This document shows, piece by piece, positions 1-22,550 of a stretch of DNA of 64,000 nucleotides. The stretch is from NCBI RefSeq assembly GCF_009914755.1, contig NC_060943.1; one strand, given 5' to 3'. This DNA is from the human T2T-CHM13v2.0 reference genome, Homo sapiens. Below the pieces are notes generated by a model. That model was given only the letters and a program-made list of their open reading frames with translations, was not told the DNA's origin and did no database searches. A program made the translations under genes and the position numbers. Each line of letters starts with the position of its first letter. Within the stretch, counting starts at the first letter, position 1.

Positions 1-712
1 CCAACACATAAGGACTCACTTAAACTTAAGGGAAAGGGTTGGAAAAAGATATTCCATGCAAATGTACCCCAAAAGCTAGCAGTAGTAGCCATTCTTACAT
101 CAGACAAAACAGATATTAAAGCAAAAACAGTTAAAAAAAAAAAAGAAAAGACAAAGAGGGACATTATATAATGATAAAAGGACTAGTCCAACAGGAAAAC
201 ATCACACCTCTAAATATATATGCACCTTACACTGGAGCTCCCAAATTTATAAAACAATTACTACTAGACCTAAGAAATGAAATAGATGACAACACAATAA
301 TAATGAGGGACTTCAATACTCTACTGACAGCAGTAGACAAGTCATCAAGACGGAAAGTCAACAACAACAACAAACAATGGACTTAAACTATATCCTAGAA
401 CAAATGGACTTAAAATATATTTACAAACATTCTATCCAAGAACTGCAGAATATACATTTTATTCATCAGCACTTGAAACATTTTCCAAGATAGACATATG
501 ATAGGCCACAAGTCTCAATAAATTTAAGACAATCAAAATTATATCAACTACTCTCTCAGACTGCAGTGGAATAAAAGTGAAAATCAACTCCAAATGAACC
601 ATCAAAACCATGCAAATACACGGAAATTAAATTTAAAAATTAAAGATCAACCTGTTTCTGAATGAGTGTTGGATGAAATCAAGATGGAAATTTAAAAATT
701 CTTTGAACTGAA
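1..712 (+). mobile_element. Old primate L1 (L1PA/L1PB-type), ORF2 endonuclease region, degraded; continues at 3011
   Basis: Translation MIKGLVQQENITPLNIYAPYTGAPKFIKQLLLDL...DFNTLL resembles the L1 ORF2 APE endonuclease domain. Confidence 0.9.
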
Positions 713-3662
<2,950 letters not shown>

Positions 3663-4000
3663 GGGGATGGGGCCAAGATGGCTGACTAGAAGCAGCATCC
3701 CTTAGAAAAGAATCATAATAGCATGTGAAACCTGCACCGTCACCTGAGGTATCCAGGTTCTGTCATCAGAACTGACTAGGTGGCTGGCATGAACCATGGA
3801 GAAGAAGGAAGAGCAGTGTGGGGCAACAGCCCACCTGACACCCACATGGGCCTGGGGAGCCCCCACCCCCCAGCCAAGGGAGGCAGTGAGTGAGCATCCT
3901 ACCCAGCCTGGGAAACTGTGCTTTTTCCATGGAACAGTGCAACCCATGGATCAGAAGATTCCACTCGTGAACCCACGCCACCGGAGCCTAAGGTACCAAC

Positions 4001-4451
4001 TGTTGGAAACAAGAGCTCAGAGTCACAAAGAAAACAAGCACTCAAACAAGGAATTTCTCAGCAAGGCAAATTTACTTCTACAGAAGGGTGCTGCTCACAT
4101 CTCTGGTTGTTGTGAGAGCACACTGTACTAGAGAGGGAAGGGGTTATTATTGCTAACATAGTCCCTACTTCTGTGTCCTGTCCCCATTGGCTGGAGTCAG
4201 ACCACATAATATAAGCTAACTCGATTGGTTATTTTAAATCGAGACTGGCAGGAAGGTTGTTTACAGAGCAGGTAACTAGGAGTGAGGAGGACTTCTTCCA
4301 AATAAAGAAGAGATGTGGGTTACAGATTGGGACTGGTGGGAAGGGTTGTTTACAGAGCAGGTAGCTTGGAGCAGGAACATACAAGGAAGTTGATTTGGAG
4401 AACAAAGAACAAGGAAGTTATCCTTTGAAGAGAAACTTATTATGCCTGACA
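4001..4451 (-). mobile_element. Solo LTR, LTR10 (HERV-I) family-like
   Basis: TG…CA termini, 4-bp TSD caac (3997-4000 / 4452-4455), motif ctcagcaaggcaaatttacttct shared with the LTR at 40083. Confidence 0.75.
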
Positions 4452-5391
4452 CAACCCTGGAGCTAAGCAGATCCTCAACAGCCTCTCAGCTAGAATCTGC
4501 GTAAGCCTGCCAAGTTCCCAGGGGAGGGGCGACCAGTACCACAGCTGTGTCTGGCTGCTGTCTAAGCCCTTTGAGCTCCTTGGGGGAGGGACAGCAGCCA
4601 GCAATGGGACTCACAACTGCCTGACAGGCTAAGCTCCCTGGGCTCAGGAAGGGCAGCAGCCATCTCTATAGCTCCTGGCCACACTTTTCCCCTGCTAGAG
4701 CCAGGGAGGCTGGACAGCTTGGTCTCAAGAGATGTCCCCTACAACCCAACACTCTGGCTGTTGCAGACTGCAGCCAGAGTGTCTCTTCAGGCCTGACCCT
4801 GACCATCCCTCCTCACTGGGCAGGGCCTCCCAGCAGGAACTCCAACAGCTCCAGCCAGGGGCTCAGAGGCAGAACTCTGATCTCCCTGGGCCTGAGCCCC
4901 TAGGGGGAGGGGTGACTGCAGTCTCTGTGGACCAGCAGACTTAGCCTTTCCTCCTGCTAGTTCTGAGGAATTCAGGCAGCCCAGATGAGTGGGTTTCCCC
5001 TCAGGAATCACCCCACCCCTCCACCGAAGGATAGTCAAAGTGCTTCATTAAATGGGTTAGGCTCCCTGTGCCACCCAAATGGGTGAGACCCTTCAACAGG
5101 GGTTGTCAGACACCCTATACAGGAGCGATCCTATGGGCATCAGGTTGGTGCCTCTTGAGGTCAAAGATTCCAGAGGAAAGAGTAGGCACCTGTCTTTGCT
5201 GTTCTCCAACCTCCTTGAGTGACATCTCCAGGCACGGGAGTAAACCAGATGAATAGGGCCGGAAGTGATCCCCCAGCAAACTGCAGCAGCCCTACAGAAG
5301 AGGGACCTGACCATTGAAAGAAAAACAAGCAAACGGAAAGCAACAACAACAGCATCAACAACAAAAAAGTACCCACAAAAACCGTATCCGA

Positions 5392-5741
<350 letters not shown>

Positions 5742-6205
5742 TCAAAACTAGACAAACTCATGAAGATGAGAAAGAATCAACAAAAAAATGCTGAAAGGCC
5801 AGAGTGCCTTTTCTCCTCCAAATGATCAAAATGTCTCTTCAGCAACGTGCAGAACTGGACAGAGGATGAGATGGATGAATTAACAGAAGTAGGCAGATAA
5901 TAACAAAGTCTGCTGAGCTAAAAGAACATGTTCTAACCCAATTCAAAGAAGCTAAGAACCTTGATAAAAGGTTAGAGGAAATGCTAACTAGAATAACCAG
6001 TTTGGAGAAGAACATAAATGACCTGATGGAGCTGAAAAACACAGCATGAGAACTTCATGAAGCATACAAAAGTATCAATAGCCGAATAGACCAAGCAGAA
6101 GAAAGGATATCAGAGTTTGAAGACCACCTTGCCGAAATAAGGCTTGCAGAGAAGATTAAAGAAAAAAGAATAAAAAGGAACAAACAAAGCCTCTGAGAAA
6201 TATGG

Positions 6206-6855
6206 TGTTCTGTGTGGAAAATGCACAGGGGGAGAAGAAAAGACACACACACAGTACCTTTAAGGGTAAACAAGCTTTATCCCATGTAAATGGCAATGCA
6301 GATACAATAAGCGAATTGATATCATAAGCAAATTGCAGTGGGAAGGGGAGAAGGGAAAAGAGATGTGTATATATATATATATTTACACTCACGAGACTAT
6401 GGAGGATTCATCACCAGATCAGGAAGCAACAGCCTGGGCTCCAGGGTCAGACACCAGACTCACCAGACTATGGAGGATTCACCAACACACTGGGAAGCAA
6501 CAGCCTGGGCTCTAGAGTTGGCCACCCATTCATGCACAGACAAGCAGAGGTCTCTTGAAGCTTTGGTGCAGTCTGGGACCCTAGCTCTTTTTGTAACAAG
6601 TTGTTTGGCATGAGGCCCAGTCACGAGGGCCCTTCGTGACTGGGCTCAAGGAACACAAAAAGGTCAACTTGTTTTTGCGATTGTCTATTATTTTTCAATA
6701 ACTAACATATAGAATAGATGGCAATAGAGATTTTTCTGAAACAGTGCTGGATGAACGCCTCGAGGGGCTCACACAACCTGTTCTGGGACTTGATGACCAT
6801 TGTTTGTGTCCACGTTCAACGGAGTTCAAATTTAATATTTAACTATTCCACCGCA
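6206..6855 (-). mobile_element. Solo LTR18-type (HERV-S/HERVL18) LTR without TSD
   Basis: Homologous to the LTRs at 35778 and 37102; internal ~75-bp tandem duplication 6390-6530; flanks tatgg / ttcac do not match. Confidence 0.8.
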
Positions 6856-7147
6856 TTCACAACTCCTTCTGTATATTGTAAATATAGCACTCAAAAATGT
6901 GCATGTTCGTATTCATGACTTTAAATTTCTACTTTATTATCTAGAAAAATATCATAAATAAACTGATGTAGTGGATCTCATGCTGCTCTTTCTTCTCGGA
7001 GTTAGAGAATACATTAGAGAATATTTCTATGTTGAAAATTATTTTATTGGATAATTTTAGTCAGTCCTATAAGCCAGAACCAATTGTCTTTACTCTCTAA
7101 TTTCACCTTAAGTCAAATTAAAAGTCTCGCCCATGGCCACTTGGTAA

Positions 7148-7321
<174 letters not shown>

Positions 7322-7470
7322 TAATTCATAATGTACCCTAAAGGTTTTATTTCTCCTTTTTGTGAAATGTTTTTTAGTAATTTATTTTTTGCGTAAAAGA
7401 GTTTCAGATGCCCTTTTTCCAGAAAATTTTTAGAATTTGTTCATTTAGAAAAGAATTTCAAGATGTTTAA

Positions 7471-7774
<304 letters not shown>

Positions 7775-7954
7775 AAGATGTTTAATCTTAATCCAAAATC
7801 TCCACATGCCTGAGTTGAGCTGTGTTCTTCACTCTAAATTAGCGGTAAGCCCAGAAATTTAGTGGCATAAAATATTGTTGTCCGCACCTGAAAATCTAAT
7901 TGCCACCATCAATTTTTGATTCAGTCACACCAGGTAGTAAAATTTAAAAATCTA

Positions 7955-8341
<387 letters not shown>

Positions 8342-8553
8342 TCATTCTGCTCACGTGGGGAACTTCACACATTTAACTCATTTATACATTTTTTTACACA
8401 TGTATTTTGGTCAGTACGTTTTTGTTACATTTATGTGTCCAGGAAGAAATTAGAGCTGGTGGTATTTTGCTATGTCATCTTGCTTATGTAGTTTGTATAA
8501 TTTTATAGGTTAGATTTGTAAAGTATATTTATTTATCTGAGTCTAGCAATTGA

Positions 8554-9861
<1,308 letters not shown>

Positions 9862-9908
9862 TAAACTCATACAAATATAACAAATATAAAAAATGTGACA
9901 AAGCTTTT

Positions 9909-10762
<854 letters not shown>

Positions 10763-11571
10763 TAAGAGACATGGTGATAATTCATGCTGGAGAGGAAATC
10801 TACAAACCTGAAAGATGTGACAGTGCTTTTTACCAACACCTCCAAATTTCCTATACATAAAAATAAATTACACTAATGTGAAACCCTAGAAATGTATAAA
10901 ATGTGACAAAGCCTTTATATGGTTGTGACACTGATTGTAGGTAAGATAATTCATACTGGCAAAACTCCTACAAGTGTGAAGAATGTGGTAAAACTTTTAA
11001 TCAGTGCTTACACCGTATTTCACAGGAAAGCTATTATCCTTGAGAAAAATTGTACAAATATAAAGAATATGGAAAAGCCATTAATGCCCATCACATCTTA
11101 CTCAACAGAAGAAAGCTCGTAGTTAATAAAAGCATGAAAAGGGCAATTACTGTCAAAAAATCTTTCAGAAAATATAAGCCTTTAGAGTGAAGAATATTTA
11201 TTTTGAAGACAGCCATTACAAATATAAAGTGGGTTGTAGTGCCTTTACTTGTGTCACAGATCTTATTGAACACATTTTGTACTAGAAGAAAACCCTGAAG
11301 CAGTTGCTCAAGCTTTGCTCAACATTGGAATTTATATTGGAGAAGAGTCCTGCTAATGAATTTGGAAAGCCCTTTTTTTTTTTTTCAAAAACTGCAGCTT
11401 AGAAAACACCAGAGAGCTTATACTAAAATATATTTTTGCAGATGCAGTAAATATAAAAAAATTTAATTCAAAATTGATTCTATGTAAATATCAGATAATT
11501 TACAGCAAAATAACTAAGGCACTGACACTTCAGACATTACACTAAATCAGAGTGTTGAGTATAAAAACTAA

Positions 11572-11920
<349 letters not shown>

Positions 11921-12246
11921 TAAAAGTAGTAGATTTTTTTGAAGCATTGTAGTTACATTGAAAGTATAGTTGTTTCCTTGAAAAAACAATTTTGAAAAGT
12001 GAATAAATATGTAATATGGTTTTCATATTACTTTATGCTGTTATTTCTATTGTGCTCACATGTGAAAGCATGTGATCAATTGTTGCTGCATCAGATATAT
12101 TAGAGATTGTTTACTAATTGGGCATTACTTAGAACCTTTTCTATAAAAGAGTAAGAACATCAAAATCTATGATGGATGATGAAAATGTAAGTGGAGCGCC
12201 TTTTTGTAGTTAACTTATACTAAGTAATGTATAAGGTGGGGGTTCA

Positions 12247-12401
12247 TGTTCTCATTTGTATTATCGTACCCTATAACTTAATGTTGACACTTTGCTTTGT
12301 CTTTTGGATGGCCTAACCTACATTAACATGTATGCAGAACATCTTAAAACTTTTTTTTCAAAAGTTATAATGAATTACTTTATTAGTAACAAAGATTAAA
12401 A
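12247..12401 (+). other. 155-bp TSD-flanked insertion resembling an mRNA 3' end (orphan mini-retrocopy)
   Basis: Perfect TSD aaggtgggggttca (12233-12246 / 12402-12415) and A-rich end; the paralogous copy near 53117-53262 keeps AATAAA before the A-run. Confidence 0.65.
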
Positions 12402-12789
12402 AAGGTGGGGGTTCAGAGTAATATTTTTCTACATTATAGTGAGATAAAAATTATTATAGTTAAAAGTATTAAATTAGTATATTATTTTACTAGTTGTACT
12501 TTTATGTAATAAAATGCAGTACACTTCAAAATTGTTAGATTTTGAACTTAATTTTATTTTTTTACCATGTTAAGACTATTGTGCATTTAATGAAGCATTA
12601 TTATGCCACTTAACTTTAACCTATTTAACCTTACTCAACAGTGTAGGTAAAAGATGGTAGCAATATACTATTTGGTTCATAGTGGAATAACATCTCTAGT
12701 AATCCCTTTGCCAGTGGCTTTAAACTGTAAATCAGCTGAAGAATATTTTCCCACTGGTTAAATTTTTATTCTTTTTTCTTATTGAAATT

Positions 12790-12965
12790 AATTATTAGTA
12801 TTTTGGGGTATATAGTATGTGTATATATTTATTCCTTATATGGCATATTTTGATTCAGGCATACAATATGTAGTAATTACATTAGGGTAAATAAGGTATC
12901 CATCACCTCTAGCATTTATCTTTTCTGTTACAAAGAGTGTAATTAACACTTTTAGTGTATAATTT
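12790..12965 (-). mobile_element. L1MA-type 3' end fragment
   Basis: ggtatccatcacctctagcatttatc L1MA 3'UTR motif. Confidence 0.6.
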
Positions 12966-12967
12966 AG

Positions 12968-13217
<250 letters not shown>

Positions 13218-13909
13218 TTACATTCTTAGTCCTGAAAAATTATTAATAAACAATTGTTATTTAATTGTTTTTGAACATGTGGTCTCTCTGCCTGCAAACA
13301 TATACACTTTTAGTTTTAATTTACATATAGTTAAATATACACATATTACTCTGAAGATAACTTTAGGTGTAAGAAAATTATTCAGTGAGTAAGTGTGTTT
13401 GTGTGAGTATGAGTTTGTACATATTTTCAGAAGAAAAGAGCAATTATTGGAACAAAATGAATTATTTTAATAGGGTAACTAATAAAAAACTAAACACCTT
13501 GAAAATGCTGAAAGCAAATCCACACTTTCTGCTTTGTCTTGAATTTATTAATGTAAAATTTTATGGCTTATGTCTCAGATTCTCCCCAGAATCTGCCTAT
13601 TAAAGCACAGGCAATTTTGTCTCCAGAAATAACACTCTTGACTACAACAATAAAAGCCCTCTTCAAACAAAAAATCATTTTTAACACTTATTTTAATGAA
13701 AATTTAACCACAATTGAATAATTGGTATATTTTTATTGTTCTGTGTGTGAATGTATAAAACAGTACATAAAGAAGCCAGAAAAAAAGATGTTAATATTTG
13801 TAATGAATTAAACTGGAAAGTTATTAATTATTATTTGCAGGTGATATCTTTGATTATGTAGATAAGAAAAGCAGCAGAAAGACTTTTAAAAGTTTATTCA
13901 GGTGGGTAA

Positions 13910-14200
13910 GCAATATTCTAAGATAATACCCTGGATTCCCAGTCTGTTGCACACCTGCGGTGGAATACTCTCGAGTGTAAAAATGTGACTGTGGTGGGAC
14001 ATCACTCATGAAATTAGGTTACCCATGTGTTGACTTTGTGTTTATCAAAATGGAGATTATCCTGACTGTGCTAAACTTAATCAGAGGTGTTTTTAAGAGA
14101 AAAAGACACATTATAGGAAAACACCCCTGCTGGCCTGAAAGTGACTTCTATAGGTGGAACATGTTGTAAGCTGCTTATGGTGGCCACATGGCAGGAAACA
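13910..14200 (+). mobile_element. MLT1-type MaLR LTR fragment
   Basis: ggagattatcctg…cttaatcag and ggtggccacatggcaggaa motifs. Confidence 0.5.
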
Positions 14201-16404
14201 TGCTTGTATATTGTCATCATTTCTGCCTCTTGCATGTTGTTCCCAGTAGGGAGAATAAGAGGTTCCTATGGCAGATGGAAAAAAGGGGAATCTCATTCAT
14301 GCAAGAAATAATCACCTCTCATCTGGGATAGCTTAAGAGAAACAGGAGACCACAAAAAGACTACATTAATGGGAGGAAAAGGGTAACCTGGCTAAAAGTG
14401 CTCACTGGCATTAAGGAACAACATTTAGTAAGCTGTAGTGAACGATCAGCCTCTGGGATACTGATAGTCTACCAATAAGGTTGAACTTATTCTAATTCAG
14501 TCAACATCTCTGCACCATTCTGGTGACCCAGGTTTACACTATTCATTACAGAAATGCCATGAAAACCAGTGGGTAATGTCCTAGAATTGAACTTACTTCA
14601 AAAGGCATACCTTTTTGTTTTCACATTTGAAAAACCTCAAAAACAGTGAATTTATAATTAACTTCTAATTATAGAGGATTCTACTATACTGTAATAGATT
14701 AAACTGTAAAGAACTTAATATGAATATTTCTTGAATACATAATTAGTTGTGTAGATAGTTTCTTTTAGATTAACATGAAAAAACTATTAGAGAAAACATT
14801 TGAAATGAGATAAAATTAATCAAGACCACAACTTTTCAGTGGGTTGGCCTAATTGCCATGCTTTTGGAGATGGCCAGACGACTAACAAGAAACAGACAAG
14901 ATTTGGCTTTGCTCAATGATTGTTTTGCACCTTTTGAAATCTAACATCCTGGCTAAAGTATTCAAAGGGAATATTTTATAGATGGCTTCTCAGGGTTTCC
15001 AAGGCAATGAAAGAAAAATTTTGATAGGCAGGAAAATGCACACTGTCTACACACATTGCTCTTCTCTGATTTGCTTTAATACTGAAAAATTGAAGATTGT
15101 AAATGTCATCTCAATTTAGAGTAAATTAACAAAAGATTTGTTTTTGAAAAAAGCAAATGTATAAAATTAATGGGTAACGGATGCCATTAGCTTCTAAAAA
15201 CTAGTATGACTAAATTCAGTAAGTATCTAGCCATGCAAATATCAGCCCAATTAAATGAAGACCCTCATAGGTGCATGTGGAAAGCATTGCTGTGCAGTGT
15301 GGTGCCTCCACTCAGCATTTTCTTCTGCCTCTTCATAGAGAAACCAGTTTCCCCTGAGTGACTCACGGTGCATACTGGGGACTGAGAATGCTGTGTTCAG
15401 AGTGATTACTGAAAACGTGGTTAATACACTTCTTCTATACGATAATAAAATGTTATAAATCTTACTCTGCCTCAGAAAAGCTTTTAGTAAAAGTTTATAG
15501 TACTCAATTTGGGTTAATGGAAAATTTCAGTATTCCAGATAATTCAGACACTTAAATGTCAGTGAAATCCCATAAAACATATTTGAATAAGATAAAGTCT
15601 TCTTTGCTGAGAATTTTATATTACTGGTAAATTTAGAAAACCAGTACTTTAAGCCAATTAGCAGTGTTTGACATGTGAGTCGCACCCAGACAAGTGCTCT
15701 TCATGATCATTGTTAAAGCAGCAATAGCACCACGTGCTTTCCTGGGACCTGCTGTCCTGTTTTCCACGATATAAAGTGGAGAAGGCATTGAAATGGCAAA
15801 GGAGTGTGATATAAATTGAATACTTATATGAAACAAAATTTTAAATAAAAAATAGCACTTGAAGTTGTACAACTATAGGTGAGACTATTAGTGTGAGGTC
15901 ATATTTTTACTTATACTGACAAAATAACCACAATATTCTTATTTAGAATAATATTCCTTTTCTGCTATATATTTGCTAGTTTTTGATAAAATACTATGGG
16001 AGCTCAATAGAAATCAACAAAATGAATCTTAATTTTACCAGAAGCATTATTGATGCATATGCTTGTTTTTTCTTAAGATCCATTAGCTTTCTATGAAAGA
16101 TTTATACTTTTTTTTCAGTGTCTTATTTATTGCTTAGAAGTGGCTCTCCTGCCAGAAAACTGTTATTCTCAGCTGTACCCATGTTGACTAGTAGTGAGTA
16201 GAAGCGAAGTGGATAAAAAGTAAATGTATCTTCTCTGTATCTTTTTTCATCCATTGGCTGAAGAACAGAAGGATGAAGAAGATGAAAGCAAATATAATCT
16301 CTGAAAGATCATGAAGCTCTGTTAACCAGACAAAAATCCCCATAGTGGATGTGTGTTAATTTTATTTATTTATTTTTATTGTACTGCCTACTTCTATGAG
16401 TTGA

Positions 16405-16704
16405 ATTTTTTTTTTTTTTTGAGATGGAGTCTTGCTCTGTTGCCCAGGCTGGAGGGGAGGAATGGCACGATCTTGGCTCACTGCAACCTCCAAATCCCAG
16501 GTTCAAGCGGATCTCCTGCCTCAGTCTGTTGAGTAGCTGGGATTACAGGCACGCACCACCACCCCCAGCTAATTTCTGTATTTTTAGAGTAGACACAGGG
16601 TTTCACCAGGTTGGTCAGGCCGGTCTTGAACTTCTCATTTAGTGATTTGCCTGCCTCGGCCTCCCAAAGTTCTGGGATTATAGGTGTGAGCCACTGCGCT
16701 GGGC
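16405..16704 (-). mobile_element. AluS
   Basis: Dimeric Alu. Confidence 0.9.
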
Positions 16705-16753
16705 AAGTTTAAATTTTTTTTTTTTACACTTTATATGGAAATAGGATTATGTG

Positions 16754-17046
16754 GGCTGGGCCCGGTGGCTCATGCCTGTAATCCCACCAATTTGGGAGGC
16801 CGAGATGGGTGGATCACTTGAGGTCAGGAGTTCAAGATCAGCCTGGCCAACATGGTGAAACCCCATCTCTACTAAAAATATGAAAATTAGTTGGACGTGG
16901 TGGTAGGAGCCTGTAATTTCAGGTACTGAGGCGGCTGAGGCAGAAGAATCACATGAACCCAGGAGGCGGAGGTTTAAGTGAGCTGAGATGGTGTTACTGC
17001 ACCATCGCCTGGGCAATGAGCTAAACTCCGTCTCCAAAAAAATAAA
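16754..17046 (+). mobile_element. AluS
   Basis: Dimeric Alu, inverted relative to the previous Alu. Confidence 0.9.
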
Positions 17047-17049
17047 TAG

Positions 17050-17252
17050 GATTTTTGTGTGTGTGTTTTTCTGTGCTGGCTTATTTTACTTAGCATAATA
17101 TTTTTTAGGTTCATGAATGTTGTAGCAAATAACAAGACTTTCTTATTTCTAAGGGCTGAATAGCATTTAATTGTGTACATATACCACATTTTCTTTCTCC
17201 ACCTATTGATGGACACTTAGGTTGGTTCCATACCTTAGCTATTGTGAGTAAT
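17050..17252 (-). mobile_element. L1M 3' fragment
   Basis: ggacacttaggttggttccataccttagctattgtg motif. Confidence 0.7.
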
Positions 17253-17274
17253 CCACTTCCTTCCTTCTCTTTTG

Positions 17275-17408
17275 TTTTGTTTTTGATTTGTTTTGAGACG
17301 AGTCTCATCTGTGGCCCAAGCTGGAGTTCAGTGTCGCGATCTTGGCTCACTGCAACCTCTGCCTCGCAGGTTCAAGCCATTTTAGTGCCTCAGCCTTTGC
17401 GCCTGGCC
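17275..17408 (-). mobile_element. Internally deleted Alu at the outer end of the left duplication arm
   Basis: Alu 5' ggccaggcgca joined directly to right-arm sequence. Confidence 0.8.
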
Positions 17409-17435
17409 AAAAATATATTTTAAATAAGGTACTTA

Positions 17436-17849
<414 letters not shown>

Positions 17850-18068
17850 CTACACTAGACTTTAAAATTTCTGCACATCCAAACAAAATTGAAGAGTGAC
17901 AACGTCACTTAGAAAATGGGTGAAAACATTGGCAAATTACATGTGAAAAAAGTGAATATTCAAAATATATAAACAACTCTTAAAACTAAACAATAAAGTT
18001 AAATAACTTGATTTAAAAATGGAGGAACAAAATTTTCATCAAAAAGATACCCAAAAGGACACACAAAT

Positions 18069-18359
<291 letters not shown>

Positions 18360-19010
18360 TTTGTTAGATAATTGCAATATTTAACTGTTACTGTATACTC
18401 ATCAAATGCAGATATTTTGAATCATTGCCATGAACTGTGTGGCAGTAAGATTTCAGAGAATATGCAGTATAATTATAAATAATATTCTAATGAGAAACTT
18501 TTAATAAATAAGCATTTAAAAGAAACTAGAGTTACTTTTTATGTTTTAAATATATGCTATTCTTACACAAAATGGAACTGCTGTAATCCAACTTAAGAAG
18601 CAAAGAACAGCCTTACATTGTTAAATACAGAAAATACATACATATATATATTTGGCAGAATAGGGTTAGACCCTCTGATATGCAAAACAAATATTAGGAA
18701 ATAAACTATGGTATTATTTAGATACAGGCTGAAGAAAGTAGAAGAAAATCCTATAATTCCTTTTTGCTTGCAGCAAACTTAAATATATAAGTAACTATTT
18801 TGGTAAGTGTGGAGTGCCTCCTAATTATGTAATTTACTGTAGGCATATCATACAAATTCTAGGATATTGTCCTAAATATCTGAATCTAAAATTACAAATT
18901 TGAAATAGAAAATAGAAAGTAAAAATATATAGGGAGAAGGACATCAGTAAGATGAAAAGATTAAAAGTGCCCTGTTTTCATATCCCATTACAGCAAAAAA
19001 AAGTCAGCTA

Positions 19011-19465
<455 letters not shown>

Positions 19466-20212
19466 ATAAGTGTCTGTAAGAGAGATTTGAGATCCAGGGA
19501 GGGAGTTCTGAAACACTGTTAAAGCTTAAGATTGAGAAGAGTTCTATTCAGAAGGCAGGCCCTCATTCAAGTGGGAAACTACAGGTCCTGCAGATCTTGG
19601 CCTTTACTGGGGTCCCCAAAGCAGTTCAATGACTCAGCTTCAGTTACCTGAGCCACAGTTTATGGCCAGTTCTGCCTACATAGAAATCCACACAGTTACC
19701 TGAGGAAATGGTCTCTGGTACTCAGTGAAAGCCATACTTACCCACATCCTGATACAAGGCCCACCGTATGCAGACCCGACTGCAAAAACCTGCCCTAGGG
19801 TCTGCCCTACTGAGCAAAGTCCTGAAGGATATGCAGTCTGTCCAAAAATAAAACGGGAATTACAACAACCCAAGTCCCTGTAACAAGCCGACTAAAGGTG
19901 GACCCTAGTGCAGGCCCAGCAGCCTTGTCACCAAGTTACACCCCCTCTCCACTACCAATTCAGAGGGCATCTCCTCACCCTAAGGGCCCAACAAAAGAAC
20001 AACTTTACCTTCTGAAATCAATTTATGAAAACTTGAAGGGGTGTTTACTCCATCAAATTCAGACACCAAGACAAAACTAGATTTTGCCCATTGTCAATGG
20101 CTCTATTTTAATGTAGCACTGGAAGTATGTGGCAGAAGAATTAGTCAGAGAAATTTAAAAATGCATTTAAATTCAAGAAAAATAAGTAAAAGTTGCTGTT
20201 TGTAGATCATAC

Positions 20213-20215
<3 letters not shown>

Positions 20216-20250
<35 letters not shown>
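20216..20250. repeat. (TA)n microsatellite abutting an Alu poly-T
   Basis: Direct reading. Confidence 0.95.
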
Positions 20251-20267
<17 letters not shown>

Positions 20268-20560
20268 TTTTTTTTGAGATGGAGTTTTGCTCTTGTAGCT
20301 CAGGCTGGAGTGAAATGGCACGATGTCAACTCACCACAACCTCTGCCTACCGGGATTAAGTGACTGTCTGGCCTCAGCCTCTCGAGTAGCTGGGATTACA
20401 GGCATGTGCCACCATACCCAGCTAATTTTTGTATTTTTAGTAGAGATGGGGGTTTTCTCCATGTTGGTCAGGCTGGCCTTGAACTCCCGACCTCAGGTGA
20501 TTCACCCACCTCGGCCTCCCAAAGTGCTGGGATTACAGGTGTGAGCCACTGCACCCGGCC
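20251..20560 (-). mobile_element. AluS
   Basis: Dimeric Alu; TSD catacaact. Confidence 0.9.
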
Positions 20561-20686
20561 CATACAACTTTATATTTGAAAAAGCATAAACAGTATATTA
20601 AAACCTGTCTAAACTAATAAATATACTCAGTAAATTAGCCAAATATAAAATTAACATAAAAGTATATGTATGGTTTCATACACTTA

Positions 20687-20997
<311 letters not shown>

Positions 20998-20999
20998 TT

Positions 21000-21380
21000 A
21001 CTATGGCATTAAATAATAAATTTGTGAGAAAAAATTAAGGAGGTAAAAAAATCCATACAATAAAAAAAGAAAAAAATTAGAGAAGATCACAATAAATTTT
21101 AAATTATTTTATGTGTATTAATTGAAAGAATAAGTATTGTTAAAGTGCTATGTTATCCAAAGTGATTTATAGATTCATTAAACTTCCTATAAAAATTGCA
21201 GTGGTATTTTTTTCACAATAATGGAAAATACGATTCTAAAATTTACATGAAACTAAAATAAACTTTGAATAGCCAAAGCAAACTTGAGGTAAAAGAACAA
21301 AGCAGGATATCATATTTACAATTTCAAACTATATTTCAAGACTATATAGTAATAAAAACAGAATGGACTGTGCAGAAAAA
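21000..21380 (+). mobile_element. Ancient L1M ORF2 fragment
   Basis: gaatagccaaagcaaacttgag…caaactatatttcaagactatatagtaataaaaacag. Confidence 0.6.
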
Positions 21381-21626
21381 TGTACAAAAAAAATGCAACG
21401 GGATCTACTACTCTCACACATTTCAGTCCCGATGCAAAAAGAGAACTTAAAAAATAGTTTTAATTTCTCGAAATCATGCAGATATTTGTGTGTCCCAAAA
21501 ACAATGAATAATAAGCCAGTGCAGTCTTTTACATGCCATTAAGAGGACTTTGGCTTTCAGTGTAAATTGAAGGAAGCTCACGTAAAGAAAAGTAGAATCC
21601 TTAAGAGAATTTAAAAGTATAAGACA

Positions 21627-21921
<295 letters not shown>

Positions 21922-21925
21922 GCAT

Positions 21926-22243
<318 letters not shown>

Positions 22244-22409
22244 AGACAGAAGATGCCCTGTGTGAGAGCAAAATTTAAGAAAAGAAAAAAGAAAAACTGC
22301 CCAGAAACTATTTCCTTTGGAGCACAGCTTCCCAAATCACATTTTAAGGACTGGCTTTCTCTTTGACCTTGGCACCTCTTATCTGTGTTGTCTGTTGTAT
22401 TCATTTTCA

Positions 22410-22550
<141 letters not shown>

